Positions 61,409 through 64,000 of a stretch of 64,000 bases of DNA are shown here, one piece after another. Within the stretch, counting starts at the first letter, position 1. Each line of letters opens with the position of its first letter. The notes under the pieces are model-generated. The model worked only from the letters and a program-made list of their open reading frames with translations, had not been told where the DNA came from and did no database searches. The translations under genes and the position numbers were made by a program. The DNA is from Laetmonice hystrix (Eukaryota), in NCBI GenBank assembly GCA_965235115.1, contig OZ249436.1:6944001-7008000 (forward strand), given 5' to 3'.

Positions 61409-61792
61409 GTATGACCGTATCTACGTCGTGTATGGTCCTTACAAGGTCATGTCTCTAGACCATACATTTAAAGCTTTGAGTCCTTGAAGAGTGACGAATA
61501 TAGTTCCGAAACAATCGCAATCTTTTGAACTACAATTTCAGGTGGTGAAGCCAGTGATCAAGTGCTGAGTTACAAAACCACCCCTTTTTCTCACCGGAGT
61601 AGTACACTTCTGCCAGGGATAAGCCTATGCTCCCCTCAATTGGTCAGTGTGCCTTACTTCTCAAGAAGAAACATAATTGCTGAAACGATACCTTCTGTAT
61701 TTAAGCAATTTCATGATCGCCGAATTGATATCAACATGGCGTTACGAAAGAAAAAGAATTAATATCGTGACTAATTAATTTCCAATTGTCAG

Positions 61793-61828
61793 CGAACATC
61801 AAACCGACTGCAGTGAAGGTGACTGCCG
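61793..61828 (+). CDS. Candidate 36-nt symmetric micro-exon (ANIKPTAVKVTA or EHQTDCSEGDC)
   Basis: Branch-point-like CTAAT at 61771-61775, acceptor tttccaattgtcAG and consensus donor CCG|GTAAGC. Confidence 0.3.
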
Positions 61829-62534
61829 GTAAGCCTCTCACTGAAGACAAGCGCCAGGTGGCCACCCACTGTCAGACTGGGAGAGGCTGTGCCAGATGTC
61901 TCAGACACCTCGCAGTCATCAGTCTCCCCCCCCCCCCCCGCCGGCGTGCGGTGAGTGAGCTATATCCACCTATACGCTAGGTTTGCAGGACTCCCCGCCT
62001 CACCCACCGCTACAACCATATTCAGACAAGAAGGTCGTTTTGGTCGTTTTCCGAGAAAAGTAACGCAATATACGAACCATTCTCCTTCATGTAACAGAAT
62101 CCTCCCCGACCTAAGGACCAATCTAGGGCCGCGGGGGAGGTAAGAAACCGGATTTATTATTATGACAACACATATTATGTTTAAATGTTTTGTCTCCCGT
62201 AAGAGATCCACAGAGAATCCAATATAACAGATAACAAAAGCAATCACACATTGCTCTGGTACTTTACATGTAATAACCATGCAGATTTGTCCACTTATTG
62301 GTGGCATGATATTGGCCCAGGAGTACCTAAGAAGACCCTGGGAAAAGGGCACAGGTGCCAATGCTAGGTGTTAATGAACTCCCTGACACAACCGTAATTA
62401 GTACAGTCGCCTTCCTGGTCACTTATACCCAGGTATGACACCAAGCGGGTAGAAATCTTGTAACTGACACCTGTAAGTTATCAACGGGTGGAAGTGATGA
62501 ACCAAGTGTTGCTATCTGCAACCTTTTTACCTGC

Positions 62535-62990
62535 AATACGGAGACATCTACTGAATATCACCTCTGAGCCGTACCTGGTACACATAATACGGAAACATTA
62601 ATTTTATTGAATATCACCTCTGAGCTGTACCTGGTACACATAATACGGAGACATTAATTTTATTGAATATCACCTCTGAGCCGTACCTGGTACACATAAT
62701 ACGGAGACATTAATTGTATTGAATATCACCTCTGAGCTGTACCTGGTACACATGATACGGAGACATTTATTGAATATCACTGTACTACCTCTGAGCCGTA
62801 CCTGGTACACATAATACGGAGACATCTATTGAATATCACTGTACTACCTCTGAGCCGTACCTGGTACACATAATACGGAGACATTTATTGAATATCACTG
62901 TACTACCTCTGAGCCGTACCTGGTACACATAATACGGAGACATCTATTGAATATCACTGTACTACCTCTGAGCCGTACCTGGTACACATG
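62535..62990. repeat. 51-59-bp minisatellite, 8 copies in two sub-blocks
   Basis: Copies 1-4 lack the tgtactac insert and copies 5-8 contain it. The shared core is ctctgagc(c/t)gtacctggtacacat. Confidence 0.97.
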
Positions 62991-64000
62991 AAAATGTTCG
63001 GATGTTCTATGGTAACGTTACCAACCTTATGATTCACTAAATGAGAATCCAAAGCCGACTACTTTGATTGCAGTTCTTTACAATAACGTCACGCCTCATG
63101 TTACACCATTGACACACACAGAACTAATCACCACCAGTGAGACATCAGTGTCGTATCCAGGGGAACGATCCAGGTCCCGAGTACCGTCAACTGGCCATTG
63201 TCACCTTGTTCCCAGGTGTGATCACGACGCTAAGCCCCGTGAGAACTAATCAACATTTCATCATGGTTCTTACAAAACACTTGTAAATCGTCAAACATGT
63301 ATCACCTTGTCAACTAAAGGATGTAGCTGTTAAAGATCTGAAGGAGAGCTGTTGGCTCGGCCAAGAAAACTTATGATGAAACAATGCAGTTTAATTAGAC
63401 GTTTTCTTGTTGAATACGGAAGGGAACCACAGAACTCAGAACTAGACCAATATCTTTAGTCTTGGTGACATGTATTCGCTAAGACGACAAACAAAATATT
63501 TTTATGATGAAATAAAAACAGTTTCCCATATACTCCTGACGACTCGTTGCCCAAGGACAAGTCTGGCCCCGAGGTGTAACAGCGTAATAACACTATTACA
63601 GTAGCAGGATCATGGCGTGGTTTGGACCGACTCAGAGCTGCTCAGTTCTATGGCCGGCAGCCAGTGGACCGAGTAATACATCTGGGTCCTTGTTTTTCAT
63701 GCTTCGGTGACGACTGCTTTCCGAAGGGTTCGGCTACAAAACATGAGTCACCACCTAACGATTTGATCAGCACTTGTCCACTTCAAGATTCTAGCTCATA
63801 TTTTGTCAACGTTTGTCTTGATGTTATTAATATAAAAACATGAACAAGTTGTCACTAAATCATTGTTAGGTTCGTACACAATGGACATTCAGTGTAAAGA
63901 CCAACAAGAAGCAAAACATCTTCAAATGTGATATTCACTTGCCCTTCCGATCCGTCATCACGACGTCTCCGCTTTCTTTTAAATGTACTCGGAAGAATAG

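Noticed and set aside
3387-62990. Selection for unit lengths divisible by three among the minisatellites
   Set aside because: About 6 of 11 arrays qualify. The sample is too small to differ convincingly from one-third, and several arrays carry frame-breaking variants.

Overview
This is AT-rich (roughly 40-45% GC by eye) eukaryotic genomic DNA, most likely from a marine invertebrate. That assignment is inferred from the SINE type, the MITE types and frequent TACATGTA; the taxon cannot be determined from sequence alone. There is one 146-N assembly gap at 26206-26351. I found no protein-coding gene, rRNA, tRNA gene, CRISPR array or autonomous transposon that I can identify with confidence, and nearly all supplied ORFs look like chance or repeat-derived frames. 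The well-supported content is repetitive. It includes 11 mutually unrelated minisatellite arrays (about 5.4 kb, units 24-130 bp, several with higher-order structure) and a full-length tRNA-derived SINE inserted into one array with a 13-bp TSD. It also includes a Kolobok-type non-autonomous element (TTAA TSD) nested in a foldback MITE and carrying CTCF-like motifs, a Harbinger-type MITE (CTG TSD), a CAG(G/T)GGCGGATC-ended MITE with a 5-bp TSD plus two relic ends, and a telomere-like G-quadruplex-prone tract. Weaker signals are several isolated exon-like or decayed coding-like segments and clusters of regulatory motifs, consistent with a gene-poor intergenic region or large introns. I did not find convincing evidence of a new biological system; the best leads are listed as findings with tests.
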